Source of the DNA: Ramazzottius varieornatus
Taxonomy: Eukaryota > Animalia > Tardigrada
DNA: 64,000 nucleotides
Assembly: GCA_001949185.1 (NCBI GenBank)
Contig: BDGG01000007.1
Coordinates: 569,401-633,400 of the forward strand
Reading direction: 5' to 3'
A model generated the notes under the pieces. The model ran no database searches, was not told the DNA's origin, and saw only the letters and a program-made list of their open reading frames with translations. The translations under genes and the position numbers were made by a program. Positions 1-12,715 of the stretch are shown in pieces. The first letter of the stretch is position 1. Each line of letters opens with the position of its first letter.

Positions 1-99
1 GTGCTCCACTTGGGAAAGCGATCTGGGTAAATTCATCTTGCGACGTTCCAGTTTTCAAATGGAGTTCAATCAATCATGCGTGGGTTATTTTATTTTCAG

Positions 100-2218
100 G
101 TTCCGGCAGACGCTGAAAGATGATCCACACTTTCTTCAGAAGAAAGTGAAAGAATACCTGCAAGATAACCCTCACCACCTGACGCTAATCATGCAGCCCA
201 ACGCACTTTACGAAGAGCTGATCAAGGGAAAGGAAGCCGAGCTCCTGGCTGCCAAAACGAAAGACGTGGATGAAGCCAGGAGGGAACAGCTAGCGAAAGA
301 AGCTGAAGAACTCCTCGAAGAACAGAACAAGAAGCCCGATGTCTCGGTTCTTCCTACGCTGAAGATTACGGATATCGAGAAAAGCCTGCCTGGGAGCGAC
401 ATCGAACGAGTGCAGTTCAACCATACCCAGGTACAACAAAATCTCGCAAATTGAAAATCAAAGAAAATTTGACGCAAGCCAAAGCATCCAAAAAAGACGC
501 ACTTAATTTTTATCTTCGAAAATTCGAGAAAGATTCAATCTGATTTCCTTTCTACGCTAAAACCTTCTATATCACAATATTTGCTGTTTAAAAATTTTTA
601 AATTCTAGTTTGATTTTAGGTGTTGTGTGTCAGGGCGCCGACGAACGGTGTGACGTACTTCCGGTCGATGATTAGTACCGAGAAGCTCGACGAAGCCCTT
701 CTTCCCTACGTCCCGCTCTTCTGTACAATTGCCACCAGGATGGGCGCTGGTGACATGGACTACAGACAGCTTTCACAAAAGATCGAGTCCAAGACGGGTG
801 GGCTGTCGGTGTCCGACCACACTAGCCACTACTTCGCTTCGACGGAAAAGTTCGAACAAGGCATCGTCCTGGGCTCGTATTGTCTGGACAGGAACATCTC
901 CGAAATGTTCGGACTGTGGAAAGACATCTTCAACAGAATACGCCTGGACGATATGGAACAGTTCGGGGTGTTGGTCAAGCAGGTCGCTGCGGATCTGGCG
1001 AGCGGGCTGGCTGACAACGGCCATGCTTATGCTATGGGTAAAGTAACTATAACCTTAGAAACGTCGGCTACAGACTCGACAAGATTCGTTTCCTAAACTG
1101 GCGCACGTTTTCAAAGTTATTGGCTGAAAGAGTGCGCCACCTGGAAAACTGTTATTGCTCAGTTTGTAATATTTCCTCAAACTGGCGCACATCCTCGTGA
1201 TAGGCTGAAAGCAGGCGCCACTGGAAGTCGCGATCTTGTCCAGTTTGTTTGCCGCTTTGCCAATTGGCTTTCGGGATAATTTTCTTCGCAGTACCGCGAT
1301 GCATAAACTCATGCCGGGCGGGTTTTAGGTTACTCGGCCGCGTCACTAAGGCCCGCCGGAAAACTCCGTGAAGAATGGAGCGGCATCTCCCAAGTCCATC
1401 TGATGAAAGACGTGGGTGAGTCGACCGACTTGACACCCACACTAGGCAAGATGCGGGCCATAGCCTCCCACCTTCTCTCCAACGGTCGGATGCGTTGTTC
1501 CCTCAACGCCACACCTGACACCATGCACGGTGCCCAAGAAGAGCTCCAGAACTTCCTGGAGACCATCTCCCACAGTCCGGAAGACCAGCATCTGGTCACC
1601 GACCAAACCTTCACTCCTTCGTCCAAAGAGACCCATTTGACGTTTCCTTTCGCCGTACACTACGCTTCTCGTTCCTACCCTATCCCCTCTTTCTCAGAAG
1701 ACGAGTACGCTTCCTCTAGGTTACTGGCTAAAATACTTAGCTCCAAGTTCCTCCATAGGGAGATCCGAGAGAAAGGTGGGGCGTATGGCGGTGGTGCGCG
1801 AGTGAGCCACAATGGTCTCTTTCAGTTCTATTCGTACAGAGACCCCAAGAACCTCGAGACGTTTGAAGCTTTCGACAAATCAATAGACTGGGCTGTCAAG
1901 GGCGAGTTCTCGTTACAGGATATTGACGAGGCCAAGCTATCGGTCTTTAGTGAAGTGGATAAGCCTGTCGCGCCAGGTGATAAGGGAAAGCGAGAGTTTA
2001 TCTTTCATGTTGGTGATGCGTTGTTCCAAGAACATAGGGAAAGGCTGCTGAAGGTCGATAAGGACCAGCTGGTTGATACCGCAAAGACCTTCTTGAAGGA
2101 CGCCAAGACGGTCGTGTCGACGATGCTCGGACCACCGAATGACGTGATGGAAAAGAAAGGATGGACGGTCCTTCCGGGTGCGGGTGATAAAGAACCGGTG
2201 AAACCCTGTTCAAGGTAA
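100..2218 (+). CDS. PITRM1: Mitochondrial presequence protease (M16C pitrilysin family), 3' exons; gene starts upstream of the window
   Basis: Exons 100-430, 620-1037 and 1329-2218 join in frame at GT/AG sites. Motifs match PreP/Cym1: LPTLKITDI, APTNGVTYFR, IESKTGGLS, FLHREIREKGGAYGGG, FYSYRDPK, DIDEAKLSVFSEVDKPVAP. Confidence 0.93.
1092..1226. repeat. Two imperfect ~55-nt direct repeats, each with an internal hairpin, in a PITRM1 intron
   Basis: cctaaactggcgcac...ggctgaaagagtgcgccacctggaa (1092-1146) and cctcaaactggcgcac...ggctgaaagcaggcgccactggaa (1175-1226). Confidence 0.6.
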
Positions 2219-2687
2219 ACCGGACAAAAGAGTTCCAATTCTGTTTGAAGCAACTTTCTGTTTGACTTCGATAAATCATTTTTGTTTGACGAATCACGGT
2301 ATCGCACATATTCTTTTCTGATGTGATTTTCTTTGGTTAATTTTTGAAAATAATGGAGCATTGCAGCTGAGGGAGACTTGGCTCAAACGTGCGGAGTGAG
2401 TGAAGTACACTGCGAGGTACAAATTTTCTTGGTGTGTCGGCACTCGTGCAGTACTATGAAAAGAAAGGTCTGTAGATAGGGGATGGAAGACAAGACCGGA
2501 AATACTTCTCATCAACTTACGTAAACTCTCGAAACAAGAGATAAGATAATTCAAATTTGTAAGGTCGAGGTTGTGTATTGTTACGAGCACATTGACTTTA
2601 TATTTTGTACCAGTTCAGTCATTCAATGTCTGGTACAAGTTCAGCCAAAACCAGAATTCTTGGCTGGTGCTTAACCCATTCCCGAAA

Positions 2688-4780
2688 ATGGCCCGTTTCA
2701 CTGTCTTGTGCGCGATCGCGTTTTTGGCGGCTTGTGGCTCGCTGCTGGCGGATGGTGCTTTGATGATGTTCGACGACGAAGTATCGAATAATCTGATTCG
2801 TTGGCCGACCGATCCCAAGAGCCAGTTTAAGCCTGGGTCAAGCGGAGTCCGACCTTCGTGGGCCGAAGCCCGAGTCAAAATCGCTTATGAAATCTCGACC
2901 AAAATCCGTACGTCGGTGTGTTCGTCTTGATAACCTAGTCCGATAAATAATAATGTAGTATGCTATATTTATCTGATTTTAGCACAAGCTGACCAACGCA
3001 GAATCACCAATGCAATGGACAAACTCGAGGACATAACGCGAAACTGTATTCAGTTCGACACCTTTACAGATGCTCCTGGTGCAGGCTTTTGGCATGCCCA
3101 CCCTGTAAAAATCGTCCCCGAGACAGTCGTCTGCACCACCTTCAACGGCAAAAACAAGGCTTCAACCGGGCAGAACATGAAAATGTTCAGTAGCCAGACA
3201 GAGAAAGGCGAATGTCTCACGCAGCCGCGTGACACTGTTCGGCTGCTCTTAAATCTGCTGGGTTTGGGCAACGAGTATCAGCGAACTGATCGACGCGCAA
3301 ACCTTCAAATGCATCCCGATCCAACAAACCAGGCCGACAATTCTTTGACAGGTGGTAGTGGCAATTTCGTGCTAGGCGAGAATGCTCATATTAGTACTGG
3401 CAACCCTTTCGACATTCACTCCATCACGATGGTAAACGGGGACCGTTTTACGAAGCCGGGCACTCAGGCATTCGGCCGACGGGATACCGGGTCTCCGACT
3501 TTTGCCAGTGACCCGTCCGTCGTTAAACTCAGCTGGCAGGACTGCGAAAACTTGAATACACTATACAGATGCCGTCTGGACTGTGATAACTCCGATGGTA
3601 ATTTTTCCAGCAGCTACCGCATTGAATTCAAATTACTCTGGCGCTGTGATATTCATGACTGTTTCAGTGTTTACACCGTTCGACGACGTCGCATCATCCA
3701 AACTGCTCAAACCTAATAAGATTGTCTCGAACCTGAACTGCTGGGATTCGACCGATTTGGACGGCGATGTGCCGGCAGGCCTGGGCTTTCTCGGGAATTT
3801 GCAGGTTAGTAATCTGTTCTGAATACGAAAAGCTGACGATGTAAGTTCTCTTGTGGGGAGAACCAGTTAACATAGTACAAGCGTTTCTGTCTCTCGAATA
3901 AGACAATAGTATCCATCTTGTTTCAGCCGGTAGACGACTCGGTTTTGCCAAACAAACTGGACTTTCAAACGGACGACGCAGGAAGCCTCAGTTTCACAGT
4001 TGTCGGACCAACATCGGCTAGTACCAGTAGGGACGTCGCGGTATCGCTTCGGAGAAAACGGTCCACCGGACTGTTTGGTCCTAACAACAAAATAGTTGTA
4101 ACAGGAAAGAACAGCACTGCAGGAAACGTGCAGACATACATAGAGGATGAGATTGGTGTCGAACTGAACTGCCTTCCCCAATTCCAATTCAACGGGATTA
4201 CTCTTGAATGTGGACCAGAGCAGGGTGTCGGTACAAGCGCCACCGACTGCACGTCTGACTCGACGAAGCCAATCAATTCATTTCCCCAGCCTTGCCAAGG
4301 CGATACATTCGAACGTTTATGGTTGGGGCCTTTCGTGGTAAAACTGATCTGCGTTTTATTTTATTCCGAAGCCTCTCCTCATGCTTTTGATTCCTACAGG
4401 TGACTGATCCTGACTTCAACAATGTCAGTTTCGCTCCTCAGTTCCGCTCTGTGGGTGTTTTTATTGGAGAGGCAGCCGTGCCTTCTTTCATGTGGACGTG
4501 GGAGCCTGTTGCACACCCGACCGCGTTGATCGGTTATGTCGTCAAGATTAATTCGACACCTCTTCCCATAAATGCCACCATCACCGTCAGCCTATCTGTG
4601 GTAGACATATCGTCGGCGATGTATGGAGTAAACATTCCGCGCCCAGAGCCTGCCAAGCAAGACACCGTCAAAGGTGTACCCGTTATCAAGACCTTGACGG
4701 CTACCTTCAAAGTGAACTGTTTAGCTGCCCGTGACTTGAACAAACTTCCGTTTCGAAAGGTCAATCGCGGTCGTCTTTGA
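2688..4780 (+). CDS. Secreted astacin (M12A)-like pseudo-protease A with unknown C-terminal domain
   Basis: Exons 2688-2907, 2983-3597, 3668-3804, 3927-4337, 4400-4780 join in frame. Signal peptide MARFTVLCAIAFLAACGSLLADG. Astacin landmarks: AMDKLEDITRNCIQF, C..., RLLLNLLGLGNEYQRTDR (for HExxHxxGxxHExxRxDR), PFDIHSITMV (for YDYxSIMHY), LSWQDCENLNTLYRC. Confidence 0.85.
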
Positions 4781-5928
4781 ACAGCAGCAGTTGCAAGAAA
4801 CGAAAGCATAAATGTATGTTCAGGTCTCTTCGAATTTGTTGACTGGCAAAAGTCCCGCGCGACAATCCGCAAACTGCTACAGTACTAGTTCTTTTTAGTA
4901 TGCGGACAAAAAAACGCGTCTCGCCAATAAATTTGCCCGAATCACATTGCGGTGTTAAGACGTTTTAATGATTCTGCGTGAGGCGAATGTGGATCTTTTA
5001 GCCTGTGTACGCATCTAATAGATCAGTCCATGACACCCTCTGCAGAGGTGTTACCAATGTGCTACAAGGGTGCAAAATTATACCACGGCGTAACTACGCC
5101 TATAATGTCGGATACAACAGAGGTCTTGCCATCACCTCGCATTTTGCCAACACGTTAATCTGAGTGGTAATAGTGGAAAACGGAGACTTAGCAGACTACA
5201 CGGACGAAAAATGATGTCACAGCGAACAATCACGACAGATTTCGGCACCAGGCTTAAAAATAACTTTGCCACCTTGGAACACCTAAAATATCATCTTTGA
5301 GCATTCCTCGGTCCTTCTCTATCGGCTTATTTTCACACGACAACAGGGCACACGCTGACAGGCGGACGTCAGCTCGACAACGGGTGGGTCGCCGAACAAG
5401 GTAATGCAGGGAAACGGATGGACGGTTTGCCGGGCGGTGGCGACAAATGGCTGACGAAACCAATGCTAGTCAGAACAAGAAAAATTCTCGCCTGCGGCTC
5501 GCTCTGTAACGTGGAGGGTCGCACGCTTCGTGGAGTGTAGTGATTGATCCATCACCTGTGCGTAGGGCACCCGAGAGCCGCTCTTTCTCGCCAATACCGG
5601 GGACGCATTTTGACCGGATATTATTCGTACACCTCCTCGACCAAATTTTGTCATAGCTCCAATCTACAACTCTCCCACAGAAAACGGGACCACACTACAT
5701 TCCAGTCAAAAACGATGAGAAAGCAGTACCTGCGCCCCACCCTTCTTCCCTCTTTTACGCAGGGTTGACCTTCTCGAAAAGCCAAAGACTGAAGCACGAA
5801 GGCCTGCCAGCTGACAGACAGACTCTCGTTCCTCGGGCAAACCATTCGTTGTGAATTATCCACAAAAACGCACGAACATGAAATACCAGCGATTTCATAA
5901 ACTCAGGTTATCTGTCACAAACAGACAT

Positions 5929-6448
5929 CGGCGGCCCGTCTAGTAAATTTGCCAGTAAAGACACCCACTACTGAAAAATTATGATCTGTCGATGACGTAA
6001 ATTTTACAGTGAACCAGAAGTATGATGACGTAACCAGGTGGGAAAAATTAATTTTTCAAATTTGATTTGGGGCGATATTGGCGGATGTCAACCTGAAGCT
6101 TAATCAGACTAATCTTCCAGTGTTTACGTGCTTTTTTTTCCCAACACTTTTCGCCTGTATATAGTTCTCTCGATAAGCTCATTGCGATGTCCGAATGCAG
6201 AGACCATCTGGGTCGGTTTCTTTTCGGGGGGTTTCTTGTCTGCGTTCTTCCTCCCACAAAAAAAATTATTTTGCGTGTTGTGAGTGTGCGGTGCATGAAC
6301 TTCTCAAATAAAGGCCAAGTTTCAAAACTGGAACTTTTGGAAGGTTGCGTCATCAGATTTTACTTGTACTCAAAAATCACGACATCCACAGGTCGTACAT
6401 GTGGGCGACATCTGTCTTTACTGCGAAAATATTTTGTAGGGCCGCCAC
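5929..6448. mobile_element. Degenerate inverted-repeat (MITE-like) element
   Basis: Left ggcggccc...cagtaaagaca (~5929-5962) and right tgtctttactgc...gggccgcc (~6413-6447) are imperfect reverse complements. Inner pair tgatgacgtaacc / ggttgcgtcatca. Confidence 0.45.
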
Positions 6449-6461
6449 TGCAAACAGAGCC

Positions 6462-6623
6462 CGGCCAAGCTAGGCCGCGNNNNNNNNNNNNNNNNNNNNN
6501 NNNNNNNNNNNNNNNNNNNNNNNNNNNNNATGATATACCGACGCGTTCACCAAAACTGTTAATCGAGTGAAAATTTTTCATCAGAGTGACGTCGAAAAAC
6601 CTGGGCGCGGCCTACCTCGGCCG
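6462..6623. mobile_element. Small inverted-repeat element spanning an assembly gap
   Basis: cggccaagctaggccgcg before the N run (6480-6529) and cgcggcctacctcggccg at ~6606-6623. Confidence 0.45.
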
Positions 6624-7411
6624 AAATCTGTTCACGAATTCATACAGCTGCCAATTGTAAATGGCCTTCGCCTGACTTCGGACGGTTTACTAAGCCTCGT
6701 TGCAGTGTTATAAACGAGTTTCAATTAGCTTGATTAAACGCAAAAAAATGTAAATTGCTACACTGTATACCGGCAAGCACATTTCATATTTTTCTGAAAA
6801 AACCTGGTCCCATCCGAGCGTGTCGGGGATATGTTGCTGCGATTTTTGTTCAAACGTTTCTTCTTAAACTGGACCCTCTTTGACGGTCCACGACCTCGTC
6901 AGGAGTTTTATTCGGGTTATATTAGTATAGAAGTGGGATAAATGGAGCAGTGCAACAGTTTTTGCTGTTAGGACGTTTGTGAAGTACAGTACGACAAAGT
7001 ATTCAAGTAGGGTATGATTTGTTTTTATGTCCTGTCGTGGTTTTGAGCTCAACCGTCGCCTTTCAATAGAATGAATAGATTGTAGTTGCGCAATTCGTTT
7101 TTAGACACATTGACGCTCACAATATCGCACACTAAACGTGACTGCATGCCAGACGACCAAGCGTGCTGAACGGGTTATGGAAAGGAGAAGGGAAGACGGA
7201 AACGAGAACGTAGATTATGACGCGGAAGCAGTTAAACCAACGATAAGATTACAAGTCTGATTTACATACGACAAACACCATATAAATATATTCGATACAT
7301 AGTGTTACCGAAGGCAGGCCAGAGATATTGGTTTTTCGTGTTTGATGAGAAACATTTTCGGAAAGGTAGCTATGTGATTTTGTTTAGTTATCCAGTTAAT
7401 ACTATAAAAAC

Positions 7412-9768
7412 ATGTCGCGATCAACGGCGTTGTGGGTCGCTGTTGTCTGCTTATGCTACTTGGTTTTGTCATCGCAGGGTGCTCTGCAGATGTTCAAGGA
7501 TGAGGTGAACCCTACTAATCATTTGCAGCCGTGGCCGATTGATTTCAGAGCCGCGCAAGCGTCTGATGGAACGTGGACAAGTGCTCGAGTCAAGATTGCT
7601 TGGGAAAAAAGCGGAAGTTACTGTGAGTATCGTACCATCTCACGGATACAGCTCCCGTGTTGTAGGCAATGAGTTCCTACTAATCACAATATTCTGCAGC
7701 GACTGCGGACTGGGCAAAGATCCAGAACGCGCTTACAAAGATCAAAACGGACACGAAGAACTGCATCGCCTTTGAACAGCGCTCCTCGGCACCTGATGCA
7801 CCGTTTTGGCATGCACACCCTTTACGAATCACCACAGATTCTGTACTGTGCAAAACCTTCAACGGCAAGTACACCGGACCAACTTCACCTGGCACAGCTG
7901 GACAGATTATAAACATTTTCGGCAGCAACACTCTAAAAGGCGAATGTCTGACGCAACCACGCGACACCCTTCGTATAATTATGAACACGTTAGGCATCGC
8001 CAATGACTACCAGCGACCGGATCGTGACAATTTTCTGAAAGTGCCCGTAGATCCCGTAACCGTTGCACACCCAACCTTGACAGGTGGCAGTGCCCCCTAT
8101 CTGCTTGGCAAAAACTCTCATATTAGTACGCTTGATCCATTCGATGTCAAGTCAATCACCATGGTCGACGGCAGTCGTTTCGCTCGTGAAGGGGAGTCGA
8201 CCTTCACGCAACGCGACGGGTCCCCCATCTGGGGCAGCAGCACGACTGACCTAAGCCAAGTCAAAATGAGCAGGATGGACTGCGAAAATCTAGACTCACT
8301 GTATGGATGCAACATTGACTGCAGCTCTGCAGGTATCCCTAAGCATACTCGAAACATATTAATTCAGCCGAACATCTGAACTCCGCGAGTTAGATCCGAT
8401 TTCAAATCCTTTCGCAGTTTTTCTACCGTCCGAGCTGGTTGGTCCTCTTAAATCGCTCAAGCCACCCAAGCTGTTTTCGAACCTCAATTGTTGGCAAGCA
8501 GCAGGTGCTTTCACCCAGGACGACATTGGTAAAGGTTTGGGTTTTCTCGGAAATGTCCAGGTAAGAAGCGGGTGTATCGCGCAGAATTTTAGCAGCCCAT
8601 AACCTCAATCAGCATGGTTTACAGTTCGCTCGTTTGAAATGCAGGACACGATCTGACGGTCTAAGTTTGAGGTCATCCATACGTAAGCCGAGGAACATGC
8701 CAAGCTGTGTTGTAACTCGACTAATCAAGTAGTCAGCTGATCAAATCACAGCTGAGCGAGTGATTTGAGGCAGCTTGAGTAACAATACTGATTTTCCGCT
8801 TCTGACATCGTTGGTTCCAGTCCCACAGTTTGAGCGAGCGGACTGTACCCATACGTTTGCTGCAGCCATAGTATTTATCAGTCCCACAAGTTCTAATGTC
8901 GATGTTCACTCCCGACAGCCGGAAGACAGCATGATCATTCCCAACAAACTAACCTGGTCTCACACATCGACGAACGGTAATTTTTTTGTGGCGGGACCAC
9001 CACCACCACCAAGCACGAGCAGAGACATCGCCGTATTTCTTCGTGAAAAGAAAATCGAAGGAATGTTTGGCCTCGATGACAAGATCACCATTACGGCAGT
9101 TGATGCCACCGATAATAACCGCGAAGTTATAAACCACGACCTGGGTATCGAGCTCAACTGCCTACCCAAGTTTAGCTTTGATGGCAGAGCGCTGGTCTGT
9201 GGTGGGCCGAGTCAGGGTTTCGGTACCAACGCAGTCGACTGCACAGTTGGCGCACCAACACCGCTTAACACGAATCCTCAGTCCTGTCAAGGTGGATCGG
9301 TCAGCACTATTTCCCTGGGACCTTTTATGGTGAGACTGCGTGCCCCGAGTGAGCTATGGATACTGTGCTTAATGAATGGCTTACAACTTCCGCATATTTT
9401 AGGTATCTGATCCGGACTTTACAGTACTGCCCGGGTCCGTCCCGCAGTTTACTTCTGTGAGTGTCTTTGTCGGTGGAGCAGCACAGCCGTCTCCTAACTG
9501 GGTGTGGATTTCTGTTCCATCGCCGGCCGCCCTTTACGGATACGTGGTCAAGACTGACGCGAGTACTATCCCCGTCAGCTCCGCCATTACCGTCCGACTA
9601 TCAGTGGCAGATATTTCCTCGGCTCTAGCAGCTTTGCCGAATAGAAGGTCTCCAGGAAAAGCGGCACCCGTTACCAAGACATTGACGGCTTCCTTCAGAG
9701 TAACTTGCGCAACATTCCGCAGTCCTTATACCTCTTTACTTTGGGGCGCTAATCGCTTTCGCGTCTGA
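7412..9768 (+). CDS. Secreted astacin-like pseudo-protease B, tandem paralog of A
   Basis: Exons 7412-7622, 7700-8332, 8418-8560, 8919-9329, 9403-9768, with the same intron positions and phases as A. Signal peptide MSRSTALWVAVVCLCYLVLSSQG. Motifs RIIMNTLGIANDYQRPDRDNFLKV, PFDVKSITMV, MSRMDCENLDSLYGC. Shares C-terminal blocks with A (PNKL, STSRDIAV, G(I/V)ELNCLP, LGPF, GYVVK, KTLTA). Confidence 0.85.
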
Positions 9769-10015
9769 ATGCACTAACGGTATATCGTTCGGAACCCTTT
9801 CGTGTTCAACATGCAATCACAAAACTGAGACAGCGCCTTATCCGGTCCTGGAAATGGTCAACTTGAATAGATACCGCTATCTTTAATCAGCCGTATTTCA
9901 CAACTTTAAAAAAATCTTTACTGCCCCGGAGACAATGAAATACACTTCGTTTGGTTGATTTGCAACGTTAAACCATTGAACTCCAGCAACATTTCGCCAA
10001 GTGTGACGATAGTTT

Positions 10016-10936
10016 TCATGGACTGGTCTTCACACATCCGGGCACTGCACAAATAGTAGGACATGTCAGTGTAGGATGAAGCAAACCCGTCCCTGTATAC
10101 GTGCAACCTGGCGGAGGTGCGCCAGTCAACTGCAGACATTGCTCGACGTTCGTCGCCGGTATTGGGAGCGTTGCACAGTTGACGAATGGGGAAACACTGC
10201 AGGCGCTCAGGGTTGCACACGAAAACGGTGTGATGGTCCCTGTTCCGACATATGAAGTCCCACTTGAGGGGGCACACTGTTTTTCAATGCATAGTGCGAT
10301 GAAGGCAGCTGGCGACAACGTGGTCGTAGTGGTGGGGGGCGTGGTGGTGGCGATTGTGGTGGGGGTAGTAACAGGACGAGCAGCTGTAGTCGTGGTTGTA
10401 GTCCGTGTGGTGGTGGTAGTTGGTGCACGAGTGGTGGTGATGGCTGCGGCACTGGAGGGTGTGAACAGGTAATTCGAGTCACCGACAAAGACGTCCAGGT
10501 TGCTTTGGTCAGTTATTCTGTAGTTTCCGCTGGTTAGGTAGTCGGCGCTGGGCTCTTGGAAGAAGCTCAAAACCGGCAGTGGCTGCACGGACTGATCGAT
10601 GGGTATGTTCGAGCAGTCCAGGCGGCAGTTGAGGACGACATTGTTGATGGGACTGAAGAGGTTCGGCACATAGGAGCAACCAAACGGTGGGAACTGACCA
10701 GTCAGAGCGAAGCACCGATCGGTAAACTGCGCACTTGGTTGAGGAAGGTTGTTAACGCTCTGGAAGAAAAACGGGTTGAAAAGTTGGGAGTTGATTTGAG
10801 AAAATGCCTGTCTGCGTTTTCGAGAAAGATGAACTTCCGGTAGATCATTACTACTTGATTCCGCAAATTGCTCGATGACGGCGACGAGCGAAAACACCAA
10901 CGCTAAAACTCCGAAAAATATCCTGAAGCAGGTCAT
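10016..10936 (-). CDS. Secreted 306-aa protein with furin-type site, Cys-rich repeats and a Thr/Pro mucin-like linker
   Basis: Single ORF. Signal peptide MTCFRIFFGVLALVFSLVAVI, then SRKRR|Q, a Thr-rich stretch TTTRAPTTTTT... and Cys-rich modules on both sides of it. Confidence 0.8.
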   Translation of the reverse strand: MTCFRIFFGVLALVFSLVAVIEQFAESSSNDLPEVHLSRKRRQAFSQINSQLFNPFFFQSVNNLPQPSAQFTDRCFALTGQFPPFGCSYVPNLFSPINNVVLNCRLDCSNIPIDQSVQPLPVLSFFQEPSADYLTSGNYRITDQSNLDVFVGDSNYLFTPSSAAAITTTRAPTTTTTRTTTTTTAARPVTTPTTIATTTPPTTTTTLSPAAFIALCIEKQCAPSSGTSYVGTGTITPFSCATLSACSVSPFVNCATLPIPATNVEQCLQLTGAPPPGCTYTGTGLLHPTLTCPTICAVPGCVKTSP

Positions 10937-12531
10937 CTTAAAGTTATCGGGTGCTGAAAAAGAAACGGTAACGTACCGACAGGTAACACACTGGAGTCTT
11001 TATATATTGCTGCTTCGTCCTAGAAGGACTGAGAAGATATTATCGACAGTATAATTTGGAACGATGAGAGCGGAAGGTGGCGAACTACGTCAATAACAAC
11101 AAAACGATAATTTCATGCATGGATGGTTCATTAGAAGAGGATACAGTGCGACGTGTTAGTTCAAGGATTCTGTCGATTGTCGGATGCTTACTTATTGTCT
11201 CTGGTTATTGAAAGTGCCGAATGAACTTTTCAATCAGGCAGCACGGAGGAACTTAGAAGAACTATTGGCGAATAGAATAACGTGTTGTCGAACAGTGTAT
11301 GATTACCGCTAATAATATAACACCTTTCTTCTTGTTCGTAGGTACTGATCGAAAGCAAGACGCTGCTGGCTATTGTGTTACAGCGTATGCGTCTACCAAA
11401 TGGTAAACTAGATCAGATGCGACGATCTCATCACGAAAAATCTCGCTGTTCGAACGCAATTCACCGTGAGATGACGTGATGAATGCCGCAAGCTTACGAC
11501 GGATTTGTACAAAGGCAGAAGTTGTCAAAGGATGGCGGGCATTACAGTATTTAAACTTCCACCTCGATTGTCTGATTCAATGCATTGGAGTAGCTCATCA
11601 TCTTTGCACACTAAGAGGTTCTGGGTACGTATGGCCATACGGAAAGGTCGAACTCTGAGACCGTCAGCTCTCTACACACGACGAGGAAAGATAACCTCAC
11701 CACATCCGATGTTCTTTCGTGAACCGACTTTACACTAATCACGTCCGACTTCCGGCTTCATTGCAGAAAACTTTATTAATAAACTATTCTTGATAAGCGA
11801 ACGCGGAAGAGTTTATTTGGGCATGTTGAGGTCGTCTGATCGCATCGATGGGTGACATCGATACAGCTAGACTCGAGGTGGTACACAGTCTGGGTGTGCT
11901 ACCAAGGAGGAAGTGACGACTCGGTGCATCAGCCTTCGACCTGTTCCTCTGAGCTGCACCGGCACCATTTTATTGAGAAATAGAAATCAGAAGAGCATGA
12001 AGGGTGGGATGGCGGTTGAGAAATTTGCGAGATGCAAAGAGCGCGAATGACATTGTGTTGAAAATGTTCATCGAGAAGACTTCGTGAACATATTTATGCG
12101 GGACAATCTCCAACAGAAAGCAGGAGGAGCTGGCAGCTGCACATGGCGAATTACTGAATGAAGTTAACGAACAAGGAAGCACATTGGAGCTGACCAGCAA
12201 CAGTACATCCAAGCAATGCGTGTGTATGGACTGCACTGCATGCACGTACCAGGAAGAACGCAATCAATCCGGTTATCAATCAAAAACGATTATCAATCAA
12301 AAACATTAACCACAATTATCGCTCACGACAATAATTTTCAATTGAATCACTAAAGCTATGGACACCATAAAGAACTGTCGGGTGTTGCGGGAGCGAAGTA
12401 GGTAGAGACGGAAAAGAATGTTCACATAAACCAAATGATTGCAAAACGGTGATTCCACTGTTATCTTTGCAAATTGCGTTGATCAACTCGGACGGCGGAC
12501 TGCTGGAACCAGATGGGTTGGGAGTATTAGT

Positions 12532-12715
12532 ACACGCACGACGAGAAATTATGGGACCAGGCCTTTCCGCTACGGCGGTACGTAAGCACGTATGTACGCG
12601 ACGATTCACAGTAATACACTTTTGGATACTTTTCTACGTTTGAATTTGCATTTTGCCATCTTTTCCGCCTGGTCCCATAATATTTACTGCCCCAATAATT
12701 TCCCGTCGTGCGTGT
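12532..12715. mobile_element. MITE-like element with ~31-bp terminal inverted repeats
   Basis: acacgcacgacgagaaattatgggaccaggc (12532-12562) versus gcctggtcccataa[insertion]tttcccgtcgtgcgtgt (12667-12715). Confidence 0.6.

Noticed and set aside
10101-10472. Val-rich plus-strand ORF that looks like a membrane protein
   Set aside because: It is the antisense shadow of the Thr-rich codons in the minus-strand gene.
11970-12310. Possible zinc-finger or transposon ORF remnant (CVCMDCTACTY)
   Set aside because: Short, interrupted by stops, with no supporting motif or splice structure.
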